From assembly GCA_902497035.1 (NCBI GenBank), contig CABVDL010000003.1, forward strand, positions 2,836 to 66,835: a stretch of 64,000 bases of DNA, given 5' to 3'. Source of the stretch: an uncultured Prevotella sp. (GTDB taxonomy: Bacteria > Bacteroidota > Bacteroidia > Bacteroidales > Bacteroidaceae). Below are positions 54,744 through 64,000 of this stretch, one piece after another (position 1 is the stretch's first letter; each line of letters starts with the position of its first letter). The translations under genes and the position numbers were made by a program. A model generated the notes under the pieces. It was given only the letters and a program-made list of their open reading frames with translations, was not told where the DNA came from and made no database searches.

Positions 54744-56471
54744 ATGAGACAGCCAAACTATGACAAATATCCGTCCACTAAGGTCAGTGGAGACATTTGG
54801 CAAGGATGGGACAGCATTCTCGGCCAGTTGGACAAGGCCCTCGGCAGCAGCAGCGTGTGGGCCGTGGACTTGTATACCGGCACCATAGAGGAGGAGATAG
54901 TGCAGGCCTTCCGGCGTGTGGGCAGAAAGGTCGTCCTCACCAGAGACCTGATGAAAGACGAGGCGGAGGTGCTGGAGATGACCCGCCGGTTTATGACCGA
55001 CGACGTGCTTTTCGGCTACATCTCCAATGTGCGCCTTGAGGAGTATTTCGACGAGGACAAAGTGAGCGCATTCAAAGCAAGCCTGCCAAAGGAACACCTT
55101 ATATTAATAGGCACCGGGGCGGCCAGTCTCGTGCCAGACGACGTGCCGGTGGTCTATGTCGATATGGCGCGATGGGAGATACAGCAGCGTTTCCGCCGCC
55201 ATCAGGTCAGAGGACTTGGGGTGGACAATCACGAGGAAGCACCCTCGCTGCAGTACAAGCGCGGTTTCTTCAACGACTGGAACATCTGCGACCGGCACAA
55301 GCTTAGTCTGGCCAGGTCGGGGCGCATAGCCTACTGGATAGACACCAACGTGGCGGGGCAGCCCAAGATGATCAGCCACGACACGTTCATGGCGGGCATC
55401 AGGCAGACGGCGCGGAGGCCTTTCAGGCCGGTTCCTTTCTTCGACCCGGCACCGTGGGGAGGACAGTGGATGAAGCGTGTGTGTGACCTCGACCGGCGCG
55501 TGGTCAACTTCGGCTGGTGCTTTGACTGCGTACCTGAGGAGAACAGCCTCTACTTCGACGTGGAGGGTGTCCGCTTTGAGCTGCCCTGCCAGGACCTGGT
55601 CATGTTTGAGACGCGCAACCTCTTGGGTGAGGCCGTGGAGAGCCGGTTCGGCAAAAGCTTCCCCATCAGGTTTGACTTCCTCGACACGGTGGGTGGAGGC
55701 AACCTGAGCCTGCAGGTCCATCCCACGACGGAGTTCGTGCATGAGAACTTCGGCATACACTACACCCAGGACGAAAGCTACTACCTGCTCGATGCGGAGC
55801 CGGGGGCCACGGTCTATCTCGGACTGAGGCAGGGCATAGACGCAAAGGCCATGATAAGCGACCTGCGGGCGGCCCAGCATGGCGGCGCGGTGTTTGACGC
55901 GGAGAAATATGTGAACCGTTGGCCTGCGAAAAAGCACGACCATTTCCTCATACCCGGCGGAACGGTACACTGCTCTGGCGCCGGCGCGCTGGTGCTTGAA
56001 ATCAGCTCCACCCCCAACATCTTTACTTTCAAGTTGTGGGACTGGCAGCGTCTTGGGCTTGACGGCAAGCCGCGCCCCATCAATATAGAGCGGGGAAGGC
56101 AGGTCATCGACTTCGGCCGCGACACGGACTATGCGCGCCGCCACCTCATCAATCAGGTGGAGACCGTGGCAAAAGGCGACGGATGGACGGAGGAGCGCAC
56201 GGGGCTGCATCCCAATGAGTTTATCGAGACCCGCCGCCACTGGTTCACTGCGCCCGTCACCCATCACACCGATGGCGGCGTGAACGTGCTGAACCTTGTG
56301 GAGGGCGACGAGGCCATCGTGGAGAGTCCCTCGGGCGCCTTTGAACCTTTTGTGGTGCATTATGCGGAGACTTTCGTGGTGCCGGCCTGCGTGGGCGAGT
56401 ACACCATCCGTCCCTATGGCGCGTCAGAGGGAAAGCAGTGCGGCACGATAAAAGCTTATGTGAGAAAATGA
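54744..56471 (+). CDS. Class I mannose-6-phosphate isomerase-like cupin with N-terminal extension
   Basis: PWGGQW, FPIRFDFLD, LSLQVHP, QDESYY and IPGGTVH metal-site motifs. Confidence 0.82.
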   Translation: MRQPNYDKYPSTKVSGDIWQGWDSILGQLDKALGSSSVWAVDLYTGTIEEEIVQAFRRVGRKVVLTRDLMKDEAEVLEMTRRFMTDDVLFGYISNVRLEEYFDEDKVSAFKASLPKEHLILIGTGAASLVPDDVPVVYVDMARWEIQQRFRRHQVRGLGVDNHEEAPSLQYKRGFFNDWNICDRHKLSLARSGRIAYWIDTNVAGQPKMISHDTFMAGIRQTARRPFRPVPFFDPAPWGGQWMKRVCDLDRRVVNFGWCFDCVPEENSLYFDVEGVRFELPCQDLVMFETRNLLGEAVESRFGKSFPIRFDFLDTVGGGNLSLQVHPTTEFVHENFGIHYTQDESYYLLDAEPGATVYLGLRQGIDAKAMISDLRAAQHGGAVFDAEKYVNRWPAKKHDHFLIPGGTVHCSGAGALVLEISSTPNIFTFKLWDWQRLGLDGKPRPINIERGRQVIDFGRDTDYARRHLINQVETVAKGDGWTEERTGLHPNEFIETRRHWFTAPVTHHTDGGVNVLNLVEGDEAIVESPSGAFEPFVVHYAETFVVPACVGEYTIRPYGASEGKQCGTIKAYVRK

Positions 56472-56483
56472 AAACCTATAGAG

Positions 56484-57593
56484 ATGAAAGAAAATAAAAT
56501 AGTAATGACGTTGGATGCCGGCGGAACAAACTTCGTGTTCTCCGCATTCTGTGATGGAAAAGAACTGGTTACTCCTGTCAGATTGCCTGCACATGCAGAC
56601 GACCTGAGCCTGTGCCTTAATTCCCTGATAGAGGGCTTTACCCAAGTGGGGAAGTCGTTGCCGGTGCCTGCGGTAGCCATCAGCTTTGCTTTCCCCGGCC
56701 CTGCCGACTATGCTAATGGCGTCATTGGAGACTTGCCCAACTTCCCCTCGTTTCGCGGAGGCGTTGCACTTGGGCCTTTTTTGGAGGACAAATTCTCCAT
56801 GCCGGTATTCATCAATAACGACGGCAACTTGTTTGCCTACGGTGAGGCCATGGGCGGCATGCTGCCCCATGTGAATGCAGAGCTGGAGGCCTCGGGCAGC
56901 GGCCGGCAGTACCATAACCTTTTAGGTGTGACGTTTGGAACGGGCTTCGGCTCAGGCGTTGTGTCGGACGGCCGTTTGTTGATTGGCGACAATGGCTGTG
57001 GCGGCGACGTGTGGCTGACGCGCAATGTCAAATACAATGATATGATAGCCGAAGAGGGCGTGAGCATACGTGCCGTAAAGAGAGTATATGAGGAATGCTC
57101 CGGCGAAGATGCGCGGCTGCTTACTCCGAAAGACATCTTCGACATAGCCGAGGGCGCAAGGCCGGGCAATCGAAAGGCAGCCATGGACAGTTTCGAGGAA
57201 CTCGGACGCACGGCTGGCGCTGCCATTGCCGGCGCATTGGACATTGTTGACGGACTGATTGTTATAGGAGGCGGACTGGCTGGCGCGCATAAGTATTTTC
57301 TTCAGGCATTGGTGCAGGAACTGAACCGAACGCTTGGTACTTTTTCAGGCCGGTCGTTCCCATGCCTGCAGCAAAAAGTATACAACCTTGAGGATGAGGC
57401 TGAACGCAATCGCTTTTTTGCTGATGACGACGGGCAGGTGCAAGTGCCGTTCTCGGACCGCCGGGTCTGCTACCACAAGGAAAAGAAAACCGGCGTAGCC
57501 ATCTCACGGCTTGGGGCAAGCAAGGCTGTTAACCTTGGCGCCTATTACTTCGCTGTTAACAAAATGAATGAAGATGCTGTCCTGTATAAATAA
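56484..57593 (+). CDS. ROK-family sugar kinase
   Basis: LDAGGTN, FPGP, INNDGN...GE, GTGFGSG and VIGGGL motifs. Confidence 0.9.
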   Translation: MKENKIVMTLDAGGTNFVFSAFCDGKELVTPVRLPAHADDLSLCLNSLIEGFTQVGKSLPVPAVAISFAFPGPADYANGVIGDLPNFPSFRGGVALGPFLEDKFSMPVFINNDGNLFAYGEAMGGMLPHVNAELEASGSGRQYHNLLGVTFGTGFGSGVVSDGRLLIGDNGCGGDVWLTRNVKYNDMIAEEGVSIRAVKRVYEECSGEDARLLTPKDIFDIAEGARPGNRKAAMDSFEELGRTAGAAIAGALDIVDGLIVIGGGLAGAHKYFLQALVQELNRTLGTFSGRSFPCLQQKVYNLEDEAERNRFFADDDGQVQVPFSDRRVCYHKEKKTGVAISRLGASKAVNLGAYYFAVNKMNEDAVLYK

Positions 57594-60500
57594 AATAATT
57601 CTTTCACTGCTTATACCTGGCATGTATGCCTCACCAGGTCTCGCCAAGGAATATTGGTCTATAGGAAGCAAGGATAATTCCAGCTCAGACCTGGCCTTGG
57701 GTCCATCTGGCTATAAGCGGTTTCTGGCGAACGACTTTGGCTATGAGGACCGCTATTACCTCATAGGAAAGTCGGTGGCCAAACGTGATTTTGCTTACGT
57801 TCTTCCAGGTCCCAATGACACGTGGGGAGGAACGTGGGGTACCTCCGGATGGCGTACCCATGAGGACAACATACTCTTCACGGTTAAGAAAAAGCCGGGA
57901 AAAGGAACCTATGCCTTACTGCTGGACCTTGTGGATTCAGATCCCAAGGGCTCGGTGGTGAAGGTTACGGTCAACGGCCATGCGCGTAAATTCAGTATCA
58001 GAGGAAAATGGGCAAAGGCCCTTTCCGGTGACCTTTCAAAAGCGCAAGGGCAGACTTTGGAAGTGCCCATTGATGTCAGAGAGCTGAATACCAATGGCAA
58101 TACGGTGACCATCTCGGTTCTGGAGGGCGGCTGGATTTGTTTTGACCGTGTGGCTTTTTCTGGGTCTGAGGGATTAGTGCTGGGCGCTCCCGACGGGGAA
58201 GTCTATGTGAGAGGCGTAAAGGCCGCAGGGTATGAGATTTCCTCGAATGGTAATAGCGTACAGCCGTTGCTCGTCGATGTGGAGCATCTTGCTGGGAATC
58301 CGCTCCTTACGGTACTGCTCGACGGTAGGCAAATTTTTTGTGCAGCTGTAGATTCGGCGCGCTACGTGTTTGAGGCGCCTATGTCCGCTGTGTCCAGGCG
58401 CACGAGGAGCCGTTATGTGGTGCTTGCCTCCGGCAGGGTCGTCCAGAAAGGCGTGGTGGAGCGTACACCGCAGAGGACAGCCTCATTGGCTGACTATGTG
58501 GATACCAGCATCGGTACGGCACACTCACGCTGGATGATAGCACCGGGTCCGTGGATGCCTTTTAGTATGGTGAAGCTTAGTCCTGACAACCAGAACATGG
58601 GGTGGCAGGCAGGCTATCAGCCGACATTCGAGACATTGGGCTGCTTCAGCCACATACACGAGTGGACTATGGGCGGGCTTGGTGTCATGCCCACCAATGG
58701 CAAGTTGTTTACAAAGGTAGGAGACCAGTTTAGACCCGACGAGGGCTACCGCTCGCGGATAGACAAGTCCTCGGAGCAGGCACCGCTGGGCTATTATCGC
58801 GTATTTCTCACCGACACGCAGATAGACGCTGCTGTGACAGCCACCGAGCGTGCAAGCTTTATGAAGTTCAAGTTTCCTCAGGACAAGGACGGACGCTTGA
58901 TGATTGACCTGCACATACAGGCAGAATACGACTACAAGATAGTGGACGTGAAGGTGGACAAAGTGGGCGGAAACCGCATAGAGGGTCGCTGTCACCAACT
59001 TTCACCGCGCCCCACAGTGTGGAGCAATGATGCGGACCAGGAATACACCGTTAATTTTGTGATGGAGTTCGACGCTCCTATAAAGAAAGTGGGTGGCTGG
59101 AAGAACGACAGCCGCTTTGAGGGCGGCACCTTGCAAGGCGGTAATCTCAAGGATGCCGGAATGTATGTGGAGTTCGACACCAAGGCTCACCCTGTAGTCC
59201 AGGTGAGGACGGGCATATCGTTGGTGAGCATTGCCAATGCGGCCGAAAATCTCAAGAAAGAGATTACAGACCCCTTTGGCTGGAACTTTGACGCAGTGGT
59301 GCAGCATCAGAAGGCGGTGTGGAATAACATCTTTGACCGCGTGAAGATTACAACCAACGACAGGATGGAGAAAGTGCGTTTCTACACCAATATGTACCGT
59401 GCGCTCTGCCGTAACCGTTGGAGTGACGTGAACGGAGAATGGATGACACCTGACGAGAGGGTGGGACGCTTCACCAATCCTGACCACATGGCCCTTGGCT
59501 GTGATGCCTTTTGGAACACGTTCTGGAACCTTAACCAGTTCTGGAACCTCGTAACGCCAGAATGGTCATCGCGCTGGGTACACTCGCAGCTCGCCATGTA
59601 CGATACCAATGGCTGGCTGGCCAAGGGACCTGCGGGCATGGAGTATATTCCCGTCATGGTGGCCGAGCATGAGATCCCGCTCATGGTCTCGGCATGGCAG
59701 ATGGGCATAAGGGACTACGACCCCCAGAAAATGTTTGAGGCCATCAAAAAGATGCAGACCACTGCAGCCGCGCACGTGGCAGGCGGTTTTGCGGGAAACC
59801 GAGACCTCATGCCTTATCTGAAGTATCACTATGTACCCTTTGAGAAAGGCCGTTTTTCCAATACAATGGAATATTCCTTTGACGACTGGACCGTGGGGCA
59901 AATGGCCAAGGCACTGGGCAGATATACGGACTACAGCACTTTTAACAACAGGGGGTACTGGTGGCGGAATGCCATCAATCCTGAGAGCGGTTACTGCCAA
60001 ATGAAAGATACATTAGGCCGGTTTGTGAAAGACTTTGACCCGTTCCATTCGGGTGCCAACTCGCAGTACGTGGAGGGAAATGCTTGGCAGTTGACCTATT
60101 TCGTGCCGCAGGATGTGCCGGCACTCATCTCGATGATAGGCCGCAAGAACTTTACAGACAGACTGGAATGGGGCTTTACGGCCAGTGAGCCATGGCGGTA
60201 CAATGCGCCCAACGACCAGTATTGGGACTATCCCGTGGTGCAGGGTAACCAGCAGTCTATGCACTTTGCCTTCCTGTTCAACTGGGCAGGGAAACCGTGG
60301 CTCACGCAAAAATGGTCAAGATCTATCATAGACCGTTACTACGGGTGCGGAACTGCCAACGCGTATCTTGGTGATGAGGACCAGGGGCAGATGAGCGCGT
60401 GGTTTGTCATGGCGGCCTTAGGCCTGTTCCAGACCGACGGCGGCTGCCGGACGGAGCCTATCTATGAGATAGCCAGCCCACTGTTTGAGAAAGTGGAGAT

Positions 60501-60708
60501 AGACTTGGGTGGAAGATATGGACGCGGCGAAAAGTTCACCATTATCGCACACAATGCGTCAAGAAAAAACAAGTATGTACAGCGGGCTACGCTCAACGGA
60601 CAGGAACTCAATACATTCAGTTTCCCTGCCGCGGAATTGCTCAAGGGCGGTAGCCTTGACTTGGAAATGAGTGATAAGCCAAACTATAACTGGGGGATCG
60701 GACAATGA
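57568..60708 (+). CDS. GH92 alpha-mannosidase with extra N-terminal domain
   Basis: PFSMVKLSPD, FSHIH, TMEYSFDDW, YVEGNAWQ, QGNQQS and GDEDQGQMSAW motifs. Confidence 0.92.
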   Translation: MKMLSCINKIILSLLIPGMYASPGLAKEYWSIGSKDNSSSDLALGPSGYKRFLANDFGYEDRYYLIGKSVAKRDFAYVLPGPNDTWGGTWGTSGWRTHEDNILFTVKKKPGKGTYALLLDLVDSDPKGSVVKVTVNGHARKFSIRGKWAKALSGDLSKAQGQTLEVPIDVRELNTNGNTVTISVLEGGWICFDRVAFSGSEGLVLGAPDGEVYVRGVKAAGYEISSNGNSVQPLLVDVEHLAGNPLLTVLLDGRQIFCAAVDSARYVFEAPMSAVSRRTRSRYVVLASGRVVQKGVVERTPQRTASLADYVDTSIGTAHSRWMIAPGPWMPFSMVKLSPDNQNMGWQAGYQPTFETLGCFSHIHEWTMGGLGVMPTNGKLFTKVGDQFRPDEGYRSRIDKSSEQAPLGYYRVFLTDTQIDAAVTATERASFMKFKFPQDKDGRLMIDLHIQAEYDYKIVDVKVDKVGGNRIEGRCHQLSPRPTVWSNDADQEYTVNFVMEFDAPIKKVGGWKNDSRFEGGTLQGGNLKDAGMYVEFDTKAHPVVQVRTGISLVSIANAAENLKKEITDPFGWNFDAVVQHQKAVWNNIFDRVKITTNDRMEKVRFYTNMYRALCRNRWSDVNGEWMTPDERVGRFTNPDHMALGCDAFWNTFWNLNQFWNLVTPEWSSRWVHSQLAMYDTNGWLAKGPAGMEYIPVMVAEHEIPLMVSAWQMGIRDYDPQKMFEAIKKMQTTAAAHVAGGFAGNRDLMPYLKYHYVPFEKGRFSNTMEYSFDDWTVGQMAKALGRYTDYSTFNNRGYWWRNAINPESGYCQMKDTLGRFVKDFDPFHSGANSQYVEGNAWQLTYFVPQDVPALISMIGRKNFTDRLEWGFTASEPWRYNAPNDQYWDYPVVQGNQQSMHFAFLFNWAGKPWLTQKWSRSIIDRYYGCGTANAYLGDEDQGQMSAWFVMAALGLFQTDGGCRTEPIYEIASPLFEKVEIDLGGRYGRGEKFTIIAHNASRKNKYVQRATLNGQELNTFSFPAAELLKGGSLDLEMSDKPNYNWGIGQ

Positions 60709-63113
60709 AAATGAACGTTGAAAAAAGCAAGCGTATGACAAAGGGTGCAAAATATGCAAATGGAGTGGGAAGTCTATTGTTAGTATTTGTCACAATGCTG
60801 GCGATGTGTCCTGTGGGAGTCAAGGCCCAGACGACGCGCCTCTCGGATTATGTAAATCCCAATATCGGAACGGCTCATTGCAGGTGGTTCTTCTACACGC
60901 CTGCGGCAGTCCCGTTTGGCATGGCCAAGCCAGCTCCGTCCACCGACGGTCACCTCGGCAACCCAAGCGGCTGGGAGGCGGTGGGCTACGACTGTCGTCA
61001 TCGGTCCATAGAGGGCTTTGCCAACTTCCATGAGTTTCAGATTGGGGGCGTGGTGCTCGCGCCCACCGTCGGCCGGCTGCAGACCACGCCCGGGGAACTG
61101 GACAATCCCGACGGAGGCTACCGCTCGCGTTTTGACAAGCGCGACGAGACTGCGCGTCCCGGTTACTATTCGGTGATGCTGAAGGACTATGGCGTGAAGT
61201 GTGAACTGACATCCACGAAGCATGTGGCCTTCCACCGTTACACTTTCCCCAAATCGGAACAGGCTCACGTCATCTTCGACATCGGCCACAAGCAGGGTGA
61301 GAGTGGGGAAGTGAAAGATGCCTTTGTAAAATGTTCCAAAGACGGTACGGTGGAAGGCTATGTCACCACGTTGCCCGTCTATGTGAACATCTATCAGAAA
61401 GGGGCTGATGTAAAGATGTATTTTTATGCCAAAGTCAGCAAGAGGCCCACGTCGATAGGAACTTTCCTTTCAGGGAAGATAAGTGATGGCGTCGAGTCAG
61501 CCTCGGGGAAAGGCTGTGGCGCTTATATGACATTCTCCACCGCCGAGGGAGAGCCTGTAGAAATAAAGGTAGGCTTGTCTTACACCTCCATTGAACATGC
61601 CCGGGAGAATTTGCTTGCCGAGGCCGACGGCATCTCTTTTGATGACGCGAGGAGGCAGGCAGAGGCCGTCTGGGACGACTATCTCGGCCGTATTGCTGTT
61701 GAGGGTGGAAAATATGAGGACAAGGTGAAATTCTATACGGGACTGTACCATGCCCTGCTTGGACGCGGACTGGCCAGTGATGTATGTGGAGCCTATCCAA
61801 AGAATGACGGCACAGTGGGGCAGATACCTTGCGGAGACGACGGTAAGCCGCTATTCCACCACTACAACACCGATGCAATTTGGGGCGGTTTTTGGAACCT
61901 TACCCAGTTGTGGGCGCTGGCCTATCCCGAATATTACAGTGACTGGGTGAAAAGCCAGCTGCTGGTCTACAAGGATGCCGGATGGCTGGGAGACGGCATA
62001 GCCTGTAGCCGCTATGTGTCCGGAGTTGGAACTAATTTTACCGGACTGGCCATCGCCTCAGCCTATAACTGTGGCATACGTGACTTCGATGCTAATCTTG
62101 CTTTTGAGGCGGCTCTGAAAAACGAGGTGGAATGGAAAGACCGTAAAGAGGGTGCGGGAAAAATGGATGTACGCCAGTTTGTAACCCGCGGATATTGTCC
62201 TTACGAGAAAAAATTCGCCATGAACACTTCTGACGAGGGCTCCGGCTTCGCAGCCTCGCACACTTTGGAGTACAGCTTCAGCAGTTATGCCGTGGCTCAG
62301 TTTGCCAAGTCGCTTGGCCGGAAATCCGATTACAAACGATTGGAGAAGCTCTCACATGGCTGGGAATATCTCTACGACCCGACCGTCAAGCTCATCCGCC
62401 CCAAGGACACGCAGGGACATTTCATAAGTGACTTCGACCCGCTCGCTCCGTGGAAGGGCTTCCAGGAGGGCAATGCCGTGCAATATACTTTCTATGTGCC
62501 CCACCACATCGAGCAATTGGTGAGGAAGATGGGACAGGACGAGTTCAACACCCGCTTGGACAGCATATTCATCGTCTCCGAGAAGGCTGTGTTTGGCGGC
62601 GGTACCACCGTTGATGCCTTTGCAGGCCTGCATGCGCTCTATAATCATGGCAACCAGCCCAATCTTCATATCTCATGGCTCTTTAACTTCTCCGGCAAGC
62701 CATGGCTGTCGCAGAAATGGGTGCATGCCATCCTGAATGAGTTCTATGGCACGGAAGAGGTACACGGCTATGGCTATGGCCAGGATGAGGACCAGGGACA
62801 GTTGGGCGCATGGTATGTGATGTCGGCTCTTGGTCTGTTCGACGTCAAGGGACTGACCGGGCCTGATCCGGCATTCAGCGTCGGCGTGCCGCTGTTTGAC
62901 AAGGTGACCATCAGACTGAACGGCAACTACTGCAAGGGCAAAGCGTTTGTCATAGAGACGCGGAGACAGTCGTACGATGACATCTATGTGAGCAGCGTGG
63001 AGCTTGGCGGCAAGCCCATGCAGGGTCTCCGCCTGCCGTTCAAGAGCGTGTGCGGGGGAGGGCATCTCGTGATTGACGCCTCGTCAGTGCCGAATGAAAC
63101 GTTAACCAAATAA
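60705..63113 (+). CDS. GH92 alpha-mannosidase
   Basis: YVNPNIGT, PFGMA, TLEYS, FQEGNA, HGNQP and DEDQGQLGAWYV motifs. Confidence 0.93.
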   Translation: MKMNVEKSKRMTKGAKYANGVGSLLLVFVTMLAMCPVGVKAQTTRLSDYVNPNIGTAHCRWFFYTPAAVPFGMAKPAPSTDGHLGNPSGWEAVGYDCRHRSIEGFANFHEFQIGGVVLAPTVGRLQTTPGELDNPDGGYRSRFDKRDETARPGYYSVMLKDYGVKCELTSTKHVAFHRYTFPKSEQAHVIFDIGHKQGESGEVKDAFVKCSKDGTVEGYVTTLPVYVNIYQKGADVKMYFYAKVSKRPTSIGTFLSGKISDGVESASGKGCGAYMTFSTAEGEPVEIKVGLSYTSIEHARENLLAEADGISFDDARRQAEAVWDDYLGRIAVEGGKYEDKVKFYTGLYHALLGRGLASDVCGAYPKNDGTVGQIPCGDDGKPLFHHYNTDAIWGGFWNLTQLWALAYPEYYSDWVKSQLLVYKDAGWLGDGIACSRYVSGVGTNFTGLAIASAYNCGIRDFDANLAFEAALKNEVEWKDRKEGAGKMDVRQFVTRGYCPYEKKFAMNTSDEGSGFAASHTLEYSFSSYAVAQFAKSLGRKSDYKRLEKLSHGWEYLYDPTVKLIRPKDTQGHFISDFDPLAPWKGFQEGNAVQYTFYVPHHIEQLVRKMGQDEFNTRLDSIFIVSEKAVFGGGTTVDAFAGLHALYNHGNQPNLHISWLFNFSGKPWLSQKWVHAILNEFYGTEEVHGYGYGQDEDQGQLGAWYVMSALGLFDVKGLTGPDPAFSVGVPLFDKVTIRLNGNYCKGKAFVIETRRQSYDDIYVSSVELGGKPMQGLRLPFKSVCGGGHLVIDASSVPNETLTK

Positions 63114-63123
63114 CAGGCAGAAG

Positions 63124-64000
63124 ATGAAGTCAAAGCATATTCTAAAAGTATTGCCCGTCCTGTCGGGGTTCTTCATCATGGGCTTCTGCGACATTGTCGG
63201 CATTGCGTCAGACTATGTGCAGCGCACCTTTGACTGGTCGTCGACCATGACCGGCTTCATACCCTCCATGGTCTTTGTGTGGTTTCTGTTCCTTGGCATC
63301 CCCATCGGCAATCTGATGAACAGGTGGGGGCGCAAGCGGACGGTGCTAATCAGCATGGCCGTCACCGTCCTCGGCATGCTGCTGCCACTGGTGGACTACA
63401 CCAGTCTGACCTGCGTGGCGGCTTTCGTGATGCTCGGCATAGGCAACGCCATACTACAGGTGTCGCTCAACCCGCTGCTGACAGATGTCGTCAACGGCCG
63501 CTATGTCACGTCAGCCCTTACCGCCGGACAGGTAATCAAGGCTCTGTCCTCCCTGTTGGGGCCGGAGTTCATACTGATGTCCATAGGCATGTTCGGTGAG
63601 GCCCACTGGTACTATTGCTTTCCCCTCATGGGTCTGGTCACCATTGTCTCGGCCTTGTGGATAGGCGTCACGCCCATAGCCGGTACAAGAAACGCGGAGG
63701 AAGGCATCAGCATGGCCGACACTTTCGGCCTGCTCAGGGACTCCAAGGTGCTGTTGCTCTTCTTTGGCATATTCTTCATCGTAGGCGTTGATGTGTCGAC
63801 CAATTATATCAGCTCAAAGCTGATGGTGCAGCGCTTCGGCTGGGCAGAGGTCCAGGCCAAGTGGGCGCCACAGGTCTATTTCCTGTGCCGAACCATTGGC
63901 GCGTTCGTGGGAGTGCTGCTGTTGTCGTATATCAGTGAGCGCCGCTATTTCAGATATAATATAGTGGCTTGCCTGCTGTCGCTTCTTGTGCTGCTGTTCT
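63124..64000 (+). CDS. MFS sugar transporter (FucP/GluP-like), truncated by the window end
   Basis: Read manually from ATG 63124: MKSKHILKVLPVLSGFFIMGFCDIVGIA...LMNRWGRKRTV...GNAILQVSLNPL; multiple TM helices. Confidence 0.88.
   Translation, partial: MKSKHILKVLPVLSGFFIMGFCDIVGIASDYVQRTFDWSSTMTGFIPSMVFVWFLFLGIPIGNLMNRWGRKRTVLISMAVTVLGMLLPLVDYTSLTCVAAFVMLGIGNAILQVSLNPLLTDVVNGRYVTSALTAGQVIKALSSLLGPEFILMSIGMFGEAHWYYCFPLMGLVTIVSALWIGVTPIAGTRNAEEGISMADTFGLLRDSKVLLLFFGIFFIVGVDVSTNYISSKLMVQRFGWAEVQAKWAPQVYFLCRTIGAFVGVLLLSYISERRYFRYNIVACLLSLLVLLF

Overview
High-GC Bacteroidota DNA, most consistent with a Prevotella-type chromosome (TAnnTTTG promoters, SusC/SusD, Bacteroidota gene order). Left to right: ftsH 3' end and cdsA; a three-gene Shango-like defence operon (TerB-N/C protein, DUF2791 ATPase, Lhr-like helicase) with a 9-bp tandem repeat; a cobalamin riboswitch upstream of btuB, a btuG-btuH-like fusion and a DUF4465 gene; a housekeeping block (lpxB, surE, parAB, DUF5683, lytic transglycosylase, rel, merR-type, alaS, queE, queD, dnaG, mscS, dacB, superoxide reductase, cls); a ~19.9 kb unit carrying a complete PUL; and a GntR/PMI/ROK/GH92/GH92/MFS mannose cluster. 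The most striking structure is that the PUL unit is bracketed by a ~256-bp direct repeat made of the cls 3' end plus downstream DNA. The left copy is split by a precise 1317-bp LRR-lipoprotein insert, the ECF sigma and its FecR anti-sigma lie at opposite ends of the unit, and no integrase is visible. This fits Campbell-type integration of a circular PUL, but that is inference. All family calls come from motif recognition by eye, not database searches.
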